A stretch of 63,923 nucleotides of DNA, the filler included, from Octopus bimaculoides (taxonomy: Eukaryota), in NCBI RefSeq assembly GCF_001194135.2. It is 7 parts of 7 records of this genome, joined end to end, with 100 filler letters (N's around TTAATTAATTAA, not from the genome) between each part and the next. Parts side by side here need not be neighbours in the genome. Positions count along the whole stretch, not along the records: positions 20,331 to 30,749 come from NW_026425481.1; positions 30,850 to 38,239 come from NC_068982.1; positions 38,340 to 52,260 come from NC_068985.1; 4 more parts are not named here. The stretch is one strand, 5' to 3'. Below, piece by piece: positions 27,258-39,739 of this stretch. The first letter of the stretch is position 1; every line of letters starts with the position of its first letter. The notes beneath the pieces were generated by a model. It made no database searches. It saw nothing but the letters and a program-made list of their open reading frames with translations, and was not told the origin of the DNA. A program made the position numbers and the translations under genes.

Positions 27258-28367
27258 AAGGCGGCGAGCTGGCAGAATCGTTAGCACGAAATGCTTAGCG
27301 GTATTTCGTCTGTCTTAATGTTCTGAGTTCAAATTCCGCTGAGGTCGACTTTGCTTTTCATTCTTTCGGGGGGGTCGATGAATTAAGTACCAGTTGCGTA
27401 CTGGGGCCGATCTAATCGACTTAACCCCTTTGTTTGTCCCTTCTATGTTTAGCCCCTTGTGGGCAATAACGAAATAGGTATTTCGTCTGCTGTTACGTTC
27501 TGAGTTCAAATTCTGCCGAGGTCGACTTTGCCTTTCATCCTTTCGGGGTCGATTAAATAAGTACCAGTTACGTACTAGGGTCGATATAATCGACTTAATC
27601 CCTTTGTCTGTCCTTGTTTGTCCCCTTTATGTTTAACCCCTTGTGGGCAATAAAGAAATAAGAAACGTTAGCACGCCGGGCGAAATGCATAGCGGTATTT
27701 CGTCTGTCTTTGNNNNNNNNNNNNNNNNNNNNNNNNNNNNNNNNNNNNNNNNNNNNNNNNNNNNNNNNNNNNNNNNNNNNNNNNNNNNNNNNNNNNNNNN
27801 NNNNNNNNNNNNNNNNNNNNNNNNNNNNNNNNNNNNNNNNNNNNNNNNNNNNNNNNNNNNNNNNNNNNNNNNNNNNNNNNNNNNNNNNNNNNNNNNNNNN
27901 NNNNNNNNNNNNNNNNNNNNNNNNNNNNNNNNNNNNNNNNNNNNNNNNNNNNNNNNNNNNNNNNNNNNNNNNNNNNNNNNNNNNNNCGGGGTCGATAAAC
28001 TAAGTACCAGTTACGCACTGGTGTCGATGTAATCGACTTAATCCGTTCGTCTGTTCTTGTTTGTTCTCTCTATGTTTAGCCCCTTGTGGGCAATAACGAA
28101 ATAGGTATTTCGTCTGCTGTTACGTTCTGAGTTCAAATTCTGCCGAGGTCGACTTTGCCTTTCATCCTTTCGGGGTCGATTAAATAAGTACCAGTTACGT
28201 ACTAGGGTCGATATAATCGACTTAATCCCTTTGTCTGTCCTTGTTTGTCCCCTTTATGTTTAACCCCTTGTGGGCAATAAAGAAATAAGAAACGTTAGCA
28301 CGCCGGGCGAAATGCATAGCGGTATTTCGTCTGTCTTTGCGTTCTGAGTTCAAATTTCGGCGAGGTC
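27258..28367 (+). repeat. Head-to-tail tandem array of SINE family A units spanning a gap
   Basis: At least five roughly 190-210 bp units; 27442-27712 is identical to 28069-28339. Confidence 0.9.
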
Positions 28368-28929
28368 TCCTGGGGCTAAATTACAGCATGCAATCAATGA
28401 AATCCATAATTTTCAAATTTTATCCTGCGATTTTGCTGTTGCAAAGGGCTAAAAAGGAAAACTTCCCAGAAACATTTGCGGTGGACAAAAGACGATCCAG
28501 AATCAGCATATTCTTTCGATGATGACAACTTTGCCTTTTAATCCCTTCTTCTTCTTCGTCGTCGTCGTCGGTGGTGATGGTGGTGGTTAAATAGGTACCA
28601 ACTGGGCATTGGCGACGATGTAATCGACTAGTTACCCCTACTCCGCTTCTTAAGATGTCAGGCCTTGTGCCCCTGTAGTAGAAAGTATGCTGCGTGCTTT
28701 TGGCAATAATTCGTGAAATCTGCTACGAAAGAAACGGTTGAGCGAAACCTTGTAGGACACGAATTCCCATGAAAAACTTGTTTGAAAATAGGTTGTGTAT
28801 GCGTGTGTTTGTGTGTGTGTGTAGGGTGTGTAGGGTGTGTGTGTGGATAAACCTATACACACAAACTTTAGGTGTGTGTTTATGTGTATAGGTGTGTGTG
28901 TGTGTGTGTGGATAAACTTGCACTCGATG

Positions 28930-28983
28930 AGCAGAGAGAGAGGGAGAAAGTAAGAGAGAGAGAGAGAAAGAGGAAAGAAAGAG

Positions 28984-29017
<34 letters not shown>

Positions 29018-29185
29018 AAGTATGAGAGAGAGAAAGAGAGAAAGTAGGGGAGCGAGAGAGAGTAAGAAAGAGAGAGAGTAAGAGAGAGAGAAAGAGAGTA
29101 GGGGAGCGAGAAAGAGAAAAATTAAGAAAGCAAGAGCGAGAGAGAGAAAGACAGAGAAAGAAAGAAAGAGAGAGAGGGGTGGAGA
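28930..29185. repeat. Purine-rich (GA/GAAA) microsatellite
   Basis: Direct reading. Confidence 0.9.
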
Positions 29186-30311
29186 GAGTGACTTGAAACC
29201 CAGGTCAACAAAAACGTGTGAATTGTAAGCGGCACTTGAAAAGTCAAGTAGTTAAACCCACAAATGGAGAGAAATGTTATAGCAATTGAATGGGCACCGC
29301 TGACGGAATTCTACATCACAATTATTGCAAAACCGGAACCATTTCTTTCTTCTTTTGTTTTCGTTTTCCGTTTACGTTTTTTTTTTTTTTGGTTTTCCTT
29401 ATTTTCTTTTGGTTTGTGAATGACAAACTTATGAAACCCAATCCAGCTTGTTATCTTATTTACAACGACACACTTTTGCTTCAACTGTACATCACAAACA
29501 ATTTCTGTTTACACGTTCTTTTACTCTCTTATTCGTTCCAGTCATTTGACTGCGGCCATGCTGGAGCACCGCCTTTTAGTCGAACAAATCGTCCCGAGGA
29601 CGTCTTCTNNNNNNNNNNNNNNNNNNNNNNNNNNNNNNNNNNNNNNNNNNNNNNNNNNNNNNNNNNNNNNNNNNNNNNNNNNNNNNNNNNNNNNNNNNNN
29701 NNNNNNNNNNNNNNNNNNNNNNNNNNNNNNNNNNNNNNNNNNNNNNNNNNNNNNNNNNNNNNNNNNNNNNNNNNNNNNNNNNNNNNNNNNNNNNNNNNNN
29801 NNNNNNNNNNNNNNNNNNNNNNNNNNNNNNNNNNNNNNNNNNNNNNNNNNNNNNNNNNNNNNNNNNNNNNNNNNNNNNNNNNNNNNNNNNNNNNNNNNNN
29901 NNNNNNNNNNNNNNNNNNNNNNNNNNNNNNNNNNNNNNNNNNNNNNNNNNNNNNNNNNNNNNNNNNNNNNNNNNNNNNNNNNNNNNNNNNNNNNNNNNNN
30001 NNNNNNNNNNNNNNNNNNNNNNNNNNNNNNNNNNNNNNNNNNNNNNNNNNNNNNNNNNNNNNNNNNNNNNNNNNNNNNNNNNNNNNNNNNNNNNNNNNNN
30101 NNNNNNNNNNNNNNNNNNNNNNNNNNNNNNNNNNNNNNNNNNNNNNNNNNNNNNNNNNNNNNNNNNNNNNNNNNNNNNNNNNNNNNNNNNNNNNNNNNNN
30201 NNNNNNNNNNNNNNNNNNNNNNNNNNNNNNNNNNNNNNNNNNNNNNNNNNNNNNNNNNNNNNNNNNNNNNNNNNNNNNNNNNNNNNNNNNNNNNNNNNNN
30301 NNNNNNNNNNN

Positions 30312-30509
30312 AGTATGACAAACAAATAGGTGACATAACAAATCTGACGACCGTTTTCGCATCCGTTGTCAAACGCTGTCAATAAATAATTGCGAAAATA
30401 AAATTCTTCATCTTCATTTTATTTTCCCAATTATTTATAGACAGCGTTTGGCAACGGATGCAGAAACGGCCGTAAGATTTATTATGTCACCTACTTGCTA
30501 TGTCATGCT
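30312..30509. repeat. About 200-bp near-perfect palindrome (hairpin or MITE-like)
   Basis: Arms 30312-30404 and 30416-30509 are reverse complements with about 11 mismatches and 1 indel; 11-nt loop TCTTCATCTTC. Confidence 0.85.
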
Positions 30510-30849
30510 TTGTATTAAAGAATGAGCTATAAATGTGGTCCAATCGATGTGTTTGTTAATCTGGGGTTTTCTCCATTTTCTGATTATTTGTATTTGTTCC
30601 TTGATAAACTTTTGTTTATCTCGTTGTTACCTGCACATAGTGTGTCTGTACATCAATACCCGGGGATAACGATAATACATACGGATATCTTATCCCTTAT
30701 TCGATTATTACAACAGCTAACTCTGTTTACATTATATATATATATATATNNNNNNNNNNNNNNNNNNNNNNNNNNNNNNNNNNNNNNNNNNNNTTAATTA
30801 ATTAANNNNNNNNNNNNNNNNNNNNNNNNNNNNNNNNNNNNNNNNNNNN

Positions 30850-31150
30850 ATATATATATATATATATATACAATACAAATGTTATGTGAGCATATGCATA
30901 TATACATACATATATGTACATACCTACATCTACATGTATATATAGATGCATATCCGGGTACAGGGCGTCACAAAAACGTGGACAAAACAGGAACGGAAAC
31001 ATAAACAAAGCCCAAAAAACGAACTTTTTTTTCGGACAACAGAATGAACACATAGGAAAACAGACAAGCCACATATGGAACAATTTCCTTCATCAGCTGC
31101 CTCTATTCTAAACTAGGCGTTTCGAAGATGAGGCAGAACGCGCTCTTAGA
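30850..31150 (-). mobile_element. Interspersed repeat (Penelope-terminus-like); second copy at 56935-57160
   Basis: Both copies share CATACCTACATCTACATGTATATATAGATGCATAT..GGGTACAGG.CGTCACAA..ACGTGGACAAAA and CTTC.TCAGCTGCC..ATTCTAAA.CTA.GCGTTTCGAA. Confidence 0.6.
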
Positions 31151-31730
31151 ATAGCTCTGTCTATATAGGTAGATAGATAGATACACACACGCATCCCACG
31201 CCACACACATATATAGGATACTATGTTATCAGTACCAGATTTATAATATTAAGAGCAGTCGATATTCTCGTCTAACATCTAGGAAGGCTGTATTCCAGCA
31301 CGGCAGCAACCCTGTGACAGTTACTGGCTCCTCTACCAATATGTAAACATAAAAAAAAAAATAGCTTCCAGATAATGTGAGTTCTCTCCCAAATGTATTT
31401 CCAAACTCAATATGCTAAAGCTATTATTTATAGTTTTATCTACTTCGAGTTCAACTCATAAGCACAAATTATTTCACGTTTCACGATGTTTCGCTATACG
31501 ACATCACGTAAACCAAAATAGTTGTTACTATTACAATACAGGAACAGGAAAACTTTTGCTCATTTTCGTCGTTGGACTACGGCCATACTGGGGCATTGCC
31601 CTGGAAGATTTTAGTGGGAAAGTATCGACACTCGAATACTCTTTTAAGCGTGGTATTTATTCCATCGGTCTCTTGCTAAATTAAGAGAACGTAAACAAAC
31701 AGACACTGGCCGAGGAGGACAAACACAAAT

Positions 31731-31802
<72 letters not shown>

Positions 31803-32139
31803 NNNNNNNNNNNNNNNNNNNNNNNNNNNNNNNNNNNNNNNNNNNNNNNNNNNNNNNNNNNNNNNNNNNNNNNNNNNNNNNNNNNNNNNNNNNNNNNNNN
31901 NNNNNNNNNNNNNNNNNNNNNNNNNNNNNNNNNNNNNNNNNNNNNNNNNNNNNNNNNNNNNNNNNNNNNNNNNNNNNNNNNNNNNNNNNNNNNNNNNNNN
32001 NNNNNNNNNNNNNNNNNNNNNNNNNNNNNNNNNNNNNNNNNNNNNNNNNNNNNNNNNNNNNNNNNNNNNNNNNNGCACACACACATACGCACAATACTGA
32101 CACGCACGCATGCGCACACACACACACACGCCTACCCCC

Positions 32140-32193
<54 letters not shown>

Positions 32194-32309
32194 GAGCGGG
32201 TATCTGTGTCAAAGACTTTTCCATTCTTCTCGAGCGTCATACTAGCACACTTGCTGGTTGCTCGTTCACCTGCCTTCGTCTTTTGTTTTTTGTAAATTTG
32301 AACTGGACA

Positions 32310-33177
32310 TAAAGTCTGCGATGGGTAAATTGTCGCTATTTTATATTTTTGATTTCGCACATGCACTTGTTTGTTTTTGGTTTTGTAGACTACACTGTAT
32401 AGTAGGATCAGTTGGGCACCGTCTGTGAGAAAAACATCACCACGACGCAATTCACTCAGCCAGAAATCTGGAAACGACATGCTGTATTGCCTGGCATTCG
32501 TGCCGGCAGCTCCAATACGAACATTTCAGAGTGTTTGGGTGTCAATCTGAGGACATTTACCCAGAGTGATAAAAATCAAAATTCCAGTCTACATCATGGT
32601 ACTTGGAGTGATTACTAGTGATGGCGACATTATGCATCCATTCATCTTCCCACACGGCCTCAGACTCAAGATGGAGACTATATATACAGGCAACATCAAA
32701 TACCGGGAGGCGGTAGTGCTGCCGTGGGTAAGAGGGTGGCTGCTGGAGGCCCCTGTGTCTGACAACAGGACTCTGCACCATGCCACAAAAGCAGGAGAAC
32801 CCAGTCGTGGCTGTCAAACAATTTCTGCGACTACATCACCCCTAACATCTGGCCTCCTAACTCCTCAGACCGCAACCCCATCATTCTTATGTATGGGGTG
32901 CATTTGAACGAGACACCAACAAAACACCTGGTAACAATAAAGATGAACTGACGGCAAGGATTATAGCAGCATTCACCAGCTTAAACTAGGAGACCGTTCT
33001 TAAGAGTTGCACAAGATTCCGAAGTCATCTGGAGGCCGTGGTTTATATAAAAAAAGTTATTCTTTAGTATTTCAAGATATTTTTATGGACTTTTGGTAAA
33101 TATATCTGTTAAAATGAGATGTCGATGTTGTTTTCATTTCTGCATAATTTAAACGACAATTTATTCACCGCACCCTG

Positions 33178-33179
<2 letters not shown>
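32310..33179 (+). mobile_element. Internally deleted Tc1/mariner element, maT (DD37D)-like
   Basis: TIRs 32310-32335 and 33154-33179 (20/26 match), TA flanks; IMVLGVITSDGDIMHPFIFPHGLRL and QQDSAPCHKSRRTQSWLSNNFCDYITPNIWPPNSSDRNP. The third D is lost, but the spacing implies 37. Confidence 0.8.
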
Positions 33180-33210
<31 letters not shown>

Positions 33211-33986
33211 NNNNNNNNNNNNNNNNNNNNNNNNNNNNNNNNNNNNNNNNNNNNNNNNNNNNNNNNNNNNNNNNNNNNNNNNNNNNNNNNNNNNNNNNNN
33301 NNNNNNNNNNNNNNNNNNNNNNNNNNNNNNNNNNNNNNNNNNNNNNNNNNNNNNNNNNNNNNNNNNNNNNNNNNNNNNNNNNNNNNNNNNNNNNNNNNNN
33401 NNNNNNNNNNNNNNNNNNNNNNNNNNNNNNNNNNNNNNNNNNNNNNNNNNNNNNNNNNNNNNNNNNNNNNNNNNNNNNNNNNNNNNNNNNNNNNNNNNNN
33501 NNNNNNNNNNNNNNNNNNNNNNNNNNNNNNNNNNNNNNNNNNNNNNNNNNNNNNNNNNNNNNNNNNNNNNNNNNNNNNNNNNNNNNNNNNNNNNNNNNNN
33601 NNNNNNNNNNNNNNNNNNNNNNNNNNNNNNNNNNNNNNNNNNNNNNNNNNNNNNNNNNNNNNNNNNNNNNNNNNNNNNNNNNNNNNNNNNNNNNNNNNNN
33701 NNNNNNNNNNNNNNNNNNNNNNNNNNNNNNNNNNNNNNNNNNNNNNNNNNNNNNNNNNNNNNNNNNNNNNNNNNNNNNNNNNNNNNNNNNNNNNNNNNNN
33801 NNNNNNNNNNNNNNNNNNNNNNNNNNNNNNNNNNNNNNNAACAGATTTATCGGGAGTTACTTGTATTATTCAAAACAGTTTGATTCAGATTCGGTGCATG
33901 TTCCAGTTAGGGGCTCCGAAACTTGAAGTGACACGGAATCCCAATTAAACTGTGTTTAAATGATAATAATAATAATAATAATAATA

Positions 33987-34026
<40 letters not shown>

Positions 34027-34029
34027 TAA

Positions 34030-35281
34030 GTGATAGAAAACTCCGCAAGCTACTGACTTGTAATAAGATGCACAATCCAAAGGCAGACGTGGATCGCCTT
34101 TACCTTTCCAGAGCTCAGGGAGGTCGAGGCTTGATCCAGCTTGAACTTATGTACAAAACCACCACAATCGGACTGGCCAAATACCTTGAAACAACCAACG
34201 ATTGGATGCTGAAACTTGTTGAAAAACATGAAAGACCGAAAAAACTTCACTCTCTTCTGAAAGAGATTAAAAAATTCGCTACAGATCTCTTAGATACCTA
34301 CCAGATTGATCAAGTTGAAGGAAACGCACCAACTAGCGCTGCAAAGAAAATAAATCAATTGCAAAGACAAAAGCACATGAAGAATTAGCTAGCTGTTGGG
34401 ATCAGAAACGTCTGCACGGCAAGTATGTGGCCTGAAGCAAACAAGCTGATGTCGACCATAAACACACGCATCAATGGTTACGTAGCTCAGGGCTAAAAGC
34501 AGAAAGTGAAGGTTTCATATTAGCTGCTCAAGACCAAAGCTTATTAATCCGGAACTACCAAGCCAATGTGATAAAAAATGGAGCTGACCCAAAATGCCGA
34601 TTCTGTAACGATGAGATTGAAACTATAGACCACCTAATCCCAGGGTGTAGAGTCTTAGCACCTGTAGAATATAAAGCAAGACATGACAGGGTCGGCTAAT
34701 ATTTACACTGGACAATATGTCGGCATTATAAAATCAAAACCGCTAACAAATGGTATAAACACCATCCGGAAGCTGTGACTGAGGGAGAAAATGTGGGACT
34801 TCCCCGCACATACCGACAAAACTAAAAGATCAGACAAAAAAGTGTTTATTAATTGACATGAGTATTCCTAGCAGCGAAAGAATTTGACAAGATCAGTATA
34901 TATAAAGACTTGCTAATAGAAATTGAAAAAATGTGGCGTCTCAAGGCGACTACCGTACCAGTGATTGTAGGATCTCTAGGAATGATAAAAAAAAAAGGTA
35001 CTGAAACCTATTTGAAAATGATACCAGGCTTACCATCCCTACAGGAAATGCAAAAAATCTTGTTAACTGGAACGACTCATGTACTGAGAAGAGCATTATC
35101 GCTGTGAAGACAACATCCATTCATGAATTTATTTATTTATTAATTTTTTTTTTAAATACATATTTTATTTGTGAATTTGCGTGTGTAAACTGGGAATGCA
35201 TACAATGAGCTTCTCTGCCCTAGGTGTACGGAAAACACTCGGTGAGAAATGGAAGAGAATTTGAAGAAAGGAAAAAACAAC
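34030..35281 (+). mobile_element. R4/Dong-clade LINE, 5'-truncated, bracketed by (TAA)n arrays
   Basis: MHNPKADVDRLYLSRAQGGRGL, EGFILAAQDQ, CRFCNDEIETIDHLIPGC (CCHC), WYKHHPE, MWRLKATTVPVIVGSLG, ILLTGTTHVLRRALSL*; (TAA)n at 33963-34023 and 35282-35387. Confidence 0.92.
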
Positions 35282-35317
35282 ATAATAATACTAATGATAA
35301 TGATAATAATAATAATG

Positions 35318-35387
<70 letters not shown>

Positions 35388-35560
35388 GATAACCTTGATG
35401 GGTACAGCCCATATACTACGGAAAGCATTCTCCATCTAAAATGGAGTAAACGTGATAATTTTAGCATGCGTCGCATAACAAAAGTGCCCTTGCGACTTGC
35501 CCGTCGGAGGATGCCCCGTACTAAGGCAGCTGAAATAAAGTTATAGTGAAAAGAACTCGT
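35388..35560 (+). mobile_element. Very short 3' end of a second R4/Dong-like family
   Basis: ITLMGTAHILRKAFSI* is homologous to the C-termini at 35065-35107 and 25160-25205; distinct 3' UTR; followed by (TAA)n at 35560-35640. Confidence 0.75.
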
Positions 35561-35571
35561 AAATAATAATG

Positions 35572-35640
<69 letters not shown>

Positions 35641-35655
35641 TCTATCTATCTATCA

Positions 35656-35705
<50 letters not shown>

Positions 35706-35708
35706 ATA

Positions 35709-35760
<52 letters not shown>

Positions 35761-35772
35761 CCTATCTATCTA

Positions 35773-35820
<48 letters not shown>
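35641..35820. repeat. (TCTA)n/(TCTG)n tetranucleotide array
   Basis: Direct reading; similar arrays at 37345-37510 and 60405-60495. Confidence 0.95.
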
Positions 35821-35821
<1 letters not shown>

Positions 35822-35962
35822 ACGGGCTTCTTTTAGTTTCTGCCAAGCAAATCAAATCCACTCAGGAGGCATTGTCCGGTTCAAGGCTACAGTGGAAGAC
35901 ACTTGACCAAAGTGCCACGCAGTGGGACTGAACCCAGAACCGTGTGGTCGAGAAGGAAACTG
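35822..35962 (-). mobile_element. SINE family C
   Basis: Homologous to 5690-5832. Confidence 0.75.
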
Positions 35963-36649
35963 TTTTATTTTTGTTCTTTCTTTCTTTATTACCGCACAGA
36001 TCGTATTGCGTCACACATTCTGTATCTGCTTCTGTCATCTTTGCTTTAACAATGCGTTTGCCTGTCGCCATCGTCGACGTCGTTCATTACAACAGCAACA
36101 ACGACAACAACTCAATCGACAGCACTTAAATGCATTGTGAAAGCAAAGATGACAGAAGCAGATAGAGTATGCTTCTTAAGAACAAGTATCTGGAAGTAAA
36201 AGAGACTTTTGAGGTGTTGGATTATCGATTGATTTGTAAAGACTTGCTAGAATGTTCTTACATAACACGACATATTTAACAGGTCATCACTTGTGAGGCG
36301 TTTTGCGCAAAACTTCCAGTTTAATCCGACTTCTCAATATTCCCTGTGTACAATATAATTTAAACACAGCGTTACATAAACATCCCAGCACATTGTAACA
36401 CGTTATGTGTATAAAGCAAGAACAAACGATGCAATGGTGATCGCTGGATAATACAGAATATATTTAAATATAGAGTAAAAGTTATTAGTTCAGGGGGTTG
36501 TAACATCGTACTACTTAGGGATACGACTGACGTAGGTCGAGAATAACTGTTGATCTCAGCACAAACGCAACGTAAGAGACATTTATACAGACACACACAA
36601 AAAAAATGTAGCAAGTCGGTTTTAGTCACTCATTATCTATGTATGTGTT

Positions 36650-37029
36650 GGCGCAATGGCCCAGTAGTTAGGACAGCGGGCTCGCAGTCGCAGGATCGTA
36701 GTTTCGATTCCCAGAACGAGTGTTGTGAGTTCTTATTTTGCGAAAATACCTAAAGCTCCACGAGGCTCCGGCAGGGAGTGGTGGCGAACCCTGCTCTACT
36801 CTTTCACCACAACTTTCTCTCACTCTTTCTTCCTGTTTCTGTTGTACCTGTATTTTCAAAGGGCCGGCCTGGTCACACTCTGTGTCACGCTGAATCTCCC
36901 CCGAGAACTACGTTTTGTGTACACGTGTCTGTGGAGTGCTCAGCCACCTGCCTGTTTTGTTTCACGAGCAGGCTGTTCTGTTGATCGGATCAACTGGAAC
37001 CCTCACCCTCGTAACCGACGGAGTGCCAC
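36650..37029 (+). mobile_element. tRNA-derived SINE family D
   Basis: Head GGCGCAATGGCCCAGTAGTTAGG..GTTTCGATTCC; 3' body shared with 54044-54360. Confidence 0.8.
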
Positions 37030-37344
37030 GAATGTATGTATATAGTATGTATATAAATGTCTGTGTGAGTGTATATATATATGTACGTGTGCGTGTGTGC
37101 GTGTGTGTGTGTATGTATGCATTTATATATATGTATATAAGTGTATATATGTATATATCTATGTATGTATATATGTATGTATATATATGTGTGTATATTT
37201 CGTCTGTCTTTACGTTCCGAGTTCGATTTTGCCTTTCATCCTTTCGAGGTCAATAAATTAAGTACCAGCTGCGTACTGGTGTCGATGTAATCGACTGACG
37301 CCCTCACCCGAAATTTCGGGACTTGTGCCTAGAGTAGAAAAGAA

Positions 37345-37415
<71 letters not shown>

Positions 37416-37976
37416 ATGTCTGTTTGTCTGTCTGTCTGTCTATCTATCTGTCTGTTTGTCTGTCTGTCTGTTACCTGTCTGTCTATCTATCTATCAATCA
37501 ATCTATCTATATACTTATTTGTGTAGTGCTGTTAAAATTGCATGGCATTTAACCGGTATTTAGAAGCAGATGTTCATCGTAATATATTGAAAAAGAATAC
37601 TGCAAAAGAAATCCCTGTATTGTAGATCCTATATCTTCTTAATGGTTTCTTCTATTTAGAAAGATCACGAACAAATATGATACAGAGAAAAAAAACCCCC
37701 CTCAAATTGACCAGTACATTGTGACATTTTCTGTATACTGAAAGCGAGAGAGATGGAGGAGAGGAATGGAAGGCGAAGAGAACTAGAGACAGAATGCAAG
37801 GGAACGAGGAGGGGTGGTGGTTAGCTCAAGATGCTGGTGTGTTTGAGTGCGTCACTAGCGAAGTTTAAATTGCCAATGGTTTCATTTGTGTAGGTGTTTA
37901 ATGACGTCTAATGCTCTAATGCGCATCAAAGTACATCAATTTTATATATGTGCTAAGAATATAAATGCACATATAT

Positions 37977-38147
37977 CCTTTTATTCTTTTATTTGTTTCA
38001 GTCATTTGTCTGCGGCCATGCTGGAGCACCGCCTTTAGTCGAACAAATCGACCCCAGGACTTATTCTTGGCGTAGTGATTAAGAGCGCGGGCTACTAACC
38101 CCAAGATTCCGAGTTCAATTCCAGGCAGTGACCTGAATGATGATGAT

Positions 38148-38239
<92 letters not shown>
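37977..38239 (+). mobile_element. Family B fragment fused to a tRNA-like head (3498 family) and a long (TAA)n
   Basis: Family B sequence to about 38067, then TGGCGTAGTGATTAAGAGCGCGGGCTACTAACCCCAAGATTCCGAGTTCAATTCC, then (TAA)n to the gap. Confidence 0.7.
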
Positions 38240-38339
38240 NNNNNNNNNNNNNNNNNNNNNNNNNNNNNNNNNNNNNNNNNNNNTTAATTAATTAANNNNN
38301 NNNNNNNNNNNNNNNNNNNNNNNNNNNNNNNNNNNNNNN

Positions 38340-38670
38340 GTTGACAGTGCCGCCTGGCTGGATTTCGTGGGATTTTCGAGCGAGATTGTTGCCAGTGCCC
38401 CTGGACTGGTTTTCGTGCAGGTGGCACATAAATTGCACCATTTTAAGCGTGGCAGTTGCCAGTACCGCCTGACTGGCCTTCGTGCGGGTGACACGTAAAA
38501 GCACCCACTACACTCTCTGAGTAGTTGGCATTAGGAAGGGCATCCAGCTGTAGAAACTCTGCCAAATCAGATTGGAGGCTGGTGTTGCCATCCGGTTTCA
38601 CCAGTCCTCAGTCAAATCGTCCAACCCATGCTAGCATGGAAAGTGGACGTTAAACGAAGAAGATGATGAT
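38340..38670 (+). mobile_element. SINE-like family E ending in (GAT)n
   Basis: GGCACGTAAAAGCACCCACTACACTC..GGAAGGGCATCCAGCTGTAGAAAC..GCTAGCATGGAAAG.GGACGTTAAACGA; other copies at 59940-60148 (+), 45980-46412 (+) and about 44575-44700 (-). Confidence 0.8.
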
Positions 38671-39099
38671 ATACACAAGATATCCTCTGATTTCCAAAAA
38701 ACTCTATTAAAAGTAAAGAACCTAGCATGTGATGGAGAAAAGAACTACATGCACGATGACAAAAACTTTTTTTTTACTCTTGTCCACATATTCTATAAAA
38801 ACTCAATATGACTGAACTCTTAGTAATGCACATTTGTTATATTCTTTGCCGAATTTTATTTTGATATTATCTATCCTTGTGAAACTCACTGAATTTTATG
38901 TGAATATTTGATCATTTAAACATATTTGTTCAATTTCTACTTTGTAATTTTAAACTCTGTTAAAATTTTATATACATTGTACCAGTCATAAACAAAAAAA
39001 TTGTTGAAACTAGTTTGGTATGTATGTGAATAAATCTATTTAAAAACAACACATTTTTCAAATTCAGGTGCATTATCAAATCCCCAAACAAATTCTCTT

Positions 39100-39134
<35 letters not shown>

Positions 39135-39739
39135 CTAGGAAGTTAGTATATGTTTTGTAGAATAACTGAGATCATATTACTCCATAGTATCCGAGAGACC
39201 ACAACTTTCATGATTATGTAGGGCCATACAGCTGGCAGTACAGCAAATAATGTTTTTTATTTGTTTAGAAATTTTTGATAAAATGATAGGGAAATCAACA
39301 AAACAAAAGCTATTGGGGGTAGTGTTGGTGTATATGTGTGTCGGGTGTGTGGGAAATGTATGTGGACAGTGGGAGGTAAAATATAAACGAAAATATTAAA
39401 ACCATTTTTTTATTATGAATAACAGGATATTTTTAATGATGTTCTCTTGAACCTACCTGATGGATTAGAGTGGTTATCTCTATTCTGGAATGCTGTTCCA
39501 ATACTATATTCTGGGAGATTGTTCTTACTTAAGTGAGATTTGTCATCCAAGTTTTCAAAGAAACCAATGTTATCATGTCTGGCAACTTTGACTGATGTCA
39601 TGATGGTGGCAAGCAAAAGTAGAGATGAAGGCTTTGCTTAAGGAAATCTCTGCTATTTAGAATTATGTTTTATTTGAGTAATCAAAATCTGAAAATAAAA
39701 GAAGACCATATATAATATGTAGACACAACACACAAACAA

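Noticed and set aside
31081-31150. CTGATGA and GAAACG on the minus strand (also CTGACGA in the copy at 57120-57160) as a hammerhead
   Set aside because: No GAAA follows the GGAA/TTCC stem. In the permuted (type II) reading, stem III is only 2 bp and stem I does not form in either copy.
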